Source: Monocercomonoides exilis PA203
Lineage: Eukaryota > Protista > Preaxostyla
Assembly (NCBI GenBank): GCA_001643675.2
Contig: LSRY02000031.1
Location: 124,001 to 188,000 of the forward strand
Length of the DNA stretch: 64,000 nt
Direction: 5' to 3'
Both the position numbers and the translations under genes were made by a program. This document shows, one piece after another, positions 60,279 through 64,000 of the stretch. Under the pieces are notes generated by a model, which had not been told where the DNA came from, searched no databases, and saw only the letters and a list, made by a program, of their open reading frames with translations. The stretch's first letter is position 1, and the number at the start of each line of letters is the position of its first letter.

Positions 60279-62249
60279 CTTCTCCTAAACATCCAAAACC
60301 ACAACAGCCACCATTGGACCGAAAGCTGTTCTTCTCAGATCTCTCACTGATCAAAGATCTCATACACTCACTTCAGCCTCCTCCTTACCCACAGCTGTTT
60401 GCTACTCCTTCAACACTTGCCCCACTCTTTTCTTTCACAGAAAGCTCTTTCTTTCTTTCGTCTGGCCCAATCATCACAGTGCCACGATCTCCGATGCTAC
60501 AGGAAAACTTCTCCTGAAACTTTTTATGCAACTTTGAAGTCAAGATCAATTTGGCTGAAGACGGAACGATCCTTCCACACACAAAAACTGGTAAAGAAGA
60601 CGAAGCAAACAACGACATCGAACTCACCAGCGAACCCGTGCTATCACCATTCACCACCCAGCACTGCTGCGTCCTAAGCTTCTTCTCCTTCTCAATCCCC
60701 ACATCAATCAGCTGTGTCTTCTTCTTCATTGCCACCAGCTGATCCTGCATCTCCTACACATCTCAGTTGCATTTCTTGCTCAGCTCCAAATTTTCCTCTC
60801 CTGCAACAAGATGATTCAGCCCTTTCCCTGAAGTTGCTCTTAAAGTTCGCCAGTTCGCTTCGAAATTTGCACGTCAGCACGAACCTCTTTCAGCAGAGCG
60901 TTTTTCTTTTAAAACCTCTTCTCATTTTTCAACTTCATCTCCTCGTTCTGATCCTTCTGCTTCCGGACATTTCGCCTCAGCCCACATTTCCCCCACATCA
61001 GCTCTTCCACCATCTCCTCGTTCTTCCAGGAAGTTCCACTCTGCATCTGCGCTTCATTCGCCTTCACAATGAAAAAACTGATCTATGAGCTGGATGTATT
61101 GAAGAAGATGATGAAAGTTTAAAAAACGAAGGAGTCAATAGTGATATGAAGATAAGAAAAGGAAAAACAAATAATTCATTCTCACTTTCTTTTCATTATT
61201 TATCTTTGAGATAAATAAGAACTCTTCATATCATTTATTAATTCTTTTTTGTTTTTGCTTAAATGCACAAAAATCTTCAAATTTTTTTTTGTCAAAATAC
61301 AAATAAGTTCTATCATAATTATTGTCGTATATTTTTGGATTCAAAAAATGTGTGAAAGTCGAAAAACTGATTTTTTGAAAATTTAAATATTAACGTATAT
61401 AAAGCATTTATCAAAATAAAAATTTGCATAATGAAATTTGATAGATAATGATTGTTATAATTCTAACAATTTTTATGTGAAACTCATTTAGTCAAAAAGA
61501 TTACAAAAGAAAATTCAAGTTGAACGTGTTGCGCTTTCATTTCTCCAAAAATAACAAATAAACTTCTTTTATTGTTACATATAGATAATGTCAATGATAA
61601 AATAATTAAAATGGAAGTGATCAAAAGCTTTCGTCTGAATAAAATGAATGAGTGAATAGAAAGAGAAATAATTACGGTTAACAAAAATAAGTCTCGGATT
61701 TAATGTGGGATAGATCAGGCTAAAAAAAAGTGATTTTTCAAAAAATTTCACCAACATCATAGTTCAATGCACAATGATATAATAAATACAATAAAAAAAT
61801 GAATAAAACATGAACAATAATTTTTCGAAAGGGAAATGTTGTTTTATTAAAAAATCATAATGGGTTGTTCCGCGGCAGATTTGAATTGCGGATTTTTGAA
61901 AAATCTGACACGGAAGGAAAAAAGTTCCCGTCACACGTAGATTTGTTGATTATTATATTAACATGGATCGAGAAGACTTATTGTCAACATTCGAATTGAA
62001 TGATGAATTCAAACTGAGCTTAAAAGATCGTAATGTGGTTTGATATTCTTTCTGATTAACTTTTTATCAACTGTTCAAACATATTTAAATATTTCTTTTT
62101 CAAGTGCACAGCATGTAAAAGCATGTGAAACCTTTGCAAATAGAGAAAGGGCATATCATCACTTTGGAGAAGCTGCAATCAACTCCAAAAAGGCAATGTT
62201 TGCCACTACGATCTCAACATAATGTTTGATTTTTTTGTTCAAATCTATC

Positions 62250-63900
62250 ACTTCATAGATAATAAACATCCAACAAATAAGGATTTAACCCTTAGCAAAA
62301 TTGCATTTGAAGTGGTAAATAATAATTTGTTTATTGGATTTTCTCCTGTTTTTCTCAGCTCATCAGATAAAAAAATGTCCCATCGTTTGTATTAGTGCCC
62401 AAATTCAACATTTGATTCAATATGTGGAATTACAGGAAGAAGAGACTCCTCATCAATCAAATTTCACAAATGCAAGTTGCTTAAGCAGAACTCAATTCAG
62501 AGATTTTTCCTTAGAACAAAAATTGGCATGGATAATAAAAGCTTTTCAGTTAATACACACAACAACCAAGTTTGCAACACAAGTTTTAAATTAATGGACA
62601 CATTCATTTTATTGGTTGGTATTTGTGACATATCTTTACCTTAAATCTTCCTGCAGTTTCCTGAACGATTTCATAACTTCTTTAATAAAAGAGTCTCGGT
62701 TTCATCCTCATTCAAAGAGAGAAGACATATTCCCCTATTAAACTGAAAAATCTATTTCAAAAATCATTCTTCAAACAAATGATTCTAAGGTAACTAATTT
62801 ATTAACAAAAATAAGAAATAAACCAATTGCAATAATGATGGACAGCGAAAAAATTGGAAACAAAAATTACACAGTTGTTGGAGTTGTGCCATTATCTTTT
62901 AATTCTGTTCCTTTGTTCTTCAATTTGTTTGAAGGCTGCTCAACTGAAAAAGATTACTTCGAACTTGGTCAGACTTTGTTGATTGAGTTTGGAAAAATTG
63001 GTTCAATTATCTGATGTTTTTGTTTTGATGGATTGAAATTGCAGGTTCAAGCACTCACATAATTGTGCCCATCTTTAAACCAGTTACCAATGAAACATGC
63101 TGACAGTCTGTCATTGTTTAATCCTATTTTCGTTCCTTGCTTGAATCATCTGGTGAATTTGATCGTCAGTCATGCGTTTCAAGATTATAAATTCTTGAAC
63201 AATGTGAGAGAAATGCTCGTAAATTTCAACACCGCATGGTATTTAATAGTCAATCGAAAAATATTGGTTCGGAAATGTCCGACTTTTATCCGAGCAAGGT
63301 GGTTGTGTTTATTTCAAATATGCAATTACATAAGGACAAACATTCAAAGCGTTCTTTTGAGCAAGTTGCTGAATGAAGGAAATATTAAAGCTGCTGGAAT
63401 AACAGAGTTTTTGCTATTTCTGATTAACTATATGCATCTCCAATTCGAAAAAGACTGCACAAAGCTATCTTTTGTATTTCCTATTTTATTGAATGCAATG
63501 AGCTTATTCTTCTATTATTCAACATTGAATATTTTTCAACAGAAAGATTGGCACAATGCAATAACAAACATTATCATTCTGCTTTTCAACTGCACATTTT
63601 CTGGAGAAAGAGGCAGTTTTTTTGCCTTTGTTTATTCCCTTTTCCAAATTTGAGTGGGAAAATATCGAAAAGGTTTGTTCACAAATTGCGAAATAATATT
63701 TTCTGAAATTTCGAAGCACCAAAGCATAATAAAGGAAAATTTATCGAATATTCCATCTTCATCAAATATGATTGAATCATTGGTCAAATCATTTCCATCT
63801 TCAAGTTATTCTCAGCCAACTTCCTCGTCATCAACGATCCCATTTCAATTATCTTCAACTCAAAAACATTCTTCTTCTTCTCTATTATCCTCTCACATTC
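62250..63900 (+). pseudogene. hAT-like transposase pseudogene
   Basis: IAIMMDSE (first D), CFDG (second D), PCLNHLVNL (CxxH) and FIRARW (TRW-like) occur in the hAT order, with many stops. The element may run past the window end. Confidence 0.7.
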
Positions 63901-64000
63901 AACAACAAATGTCTCCACTGCTCATTTCTTGTTCAACTTATATTTTATCAAATTCAATTCCGTCTATATCTTCATCTTCACAGCCTAACTCAACTGCTCC

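Larger units (their letters stand above)
56984..60750 (-). pseudogene. Host coding region split by the 57361-60278 insertion
   Basis: Removing the element and one TSD copy joins 60363-60288 to 57360-56984 into an open 453-nt frame (MRSLISERSEKNSFRSNGGCCGFGCLGGVDVIVRQK...). Confidence 0.6.

Noticed and set aside
1-64000. tRNA, rRNA or other structured RNA genes
   Set aside because: None were recognised by eye; a tRNAscan-SE/Infernal run would be needed to exclude them.

Overview
AT-rich eukaryotic genomic DNA with short spliceosomal introns and the standard genetic code. The gene families resemble those of oxymonad metamonads (Monocercomonoides-like); this is inference from recall, not a database result. 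The left ~7 kb holds ordinary genes: a multi-exon twinfilin with a likely GC-AG intron, a coiled-coil gene and two members of an expanded helical protein family. The rest is a mosaic of transposons and pseudogenes. (1) A structurally complete 4.42-kb DIRS-type retrotransposon (8476-12897) has inverted termini, an ICR, and gag, RT-RNaseH-methyltransferase and tyrosine recombinase (YR) ORFs; the YR active site is atypical. (2) Two unrelated non-autonomous long-TIR elements carry host gene fragments instead of a transposase (Pack-type): 19130-23807 (436-bp TIRs; myotubularin and surface-protein fragments) and 57361-60278 (perfect 222-bp TIRs, 9-bp TSD, surface-protein fragment, inserted into a host reading frame). 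(3) There is a 4.1-kb near-identical tandem duplication. (4) Decayed pogo, Merlin/IS1595 and hAT transposases, a TA-flanked MITE family and a foldback element are present. (5) There are several GGA-repeat/Cys-motif surface-protein (pseudo)genes, a PRP4-like kinase pseudogene and a 745-aa orphan ORF. The best candidate for an undescribed system is transposon-mediated capture and shuffling of surface-protein gene fragments by Pack-type elements.
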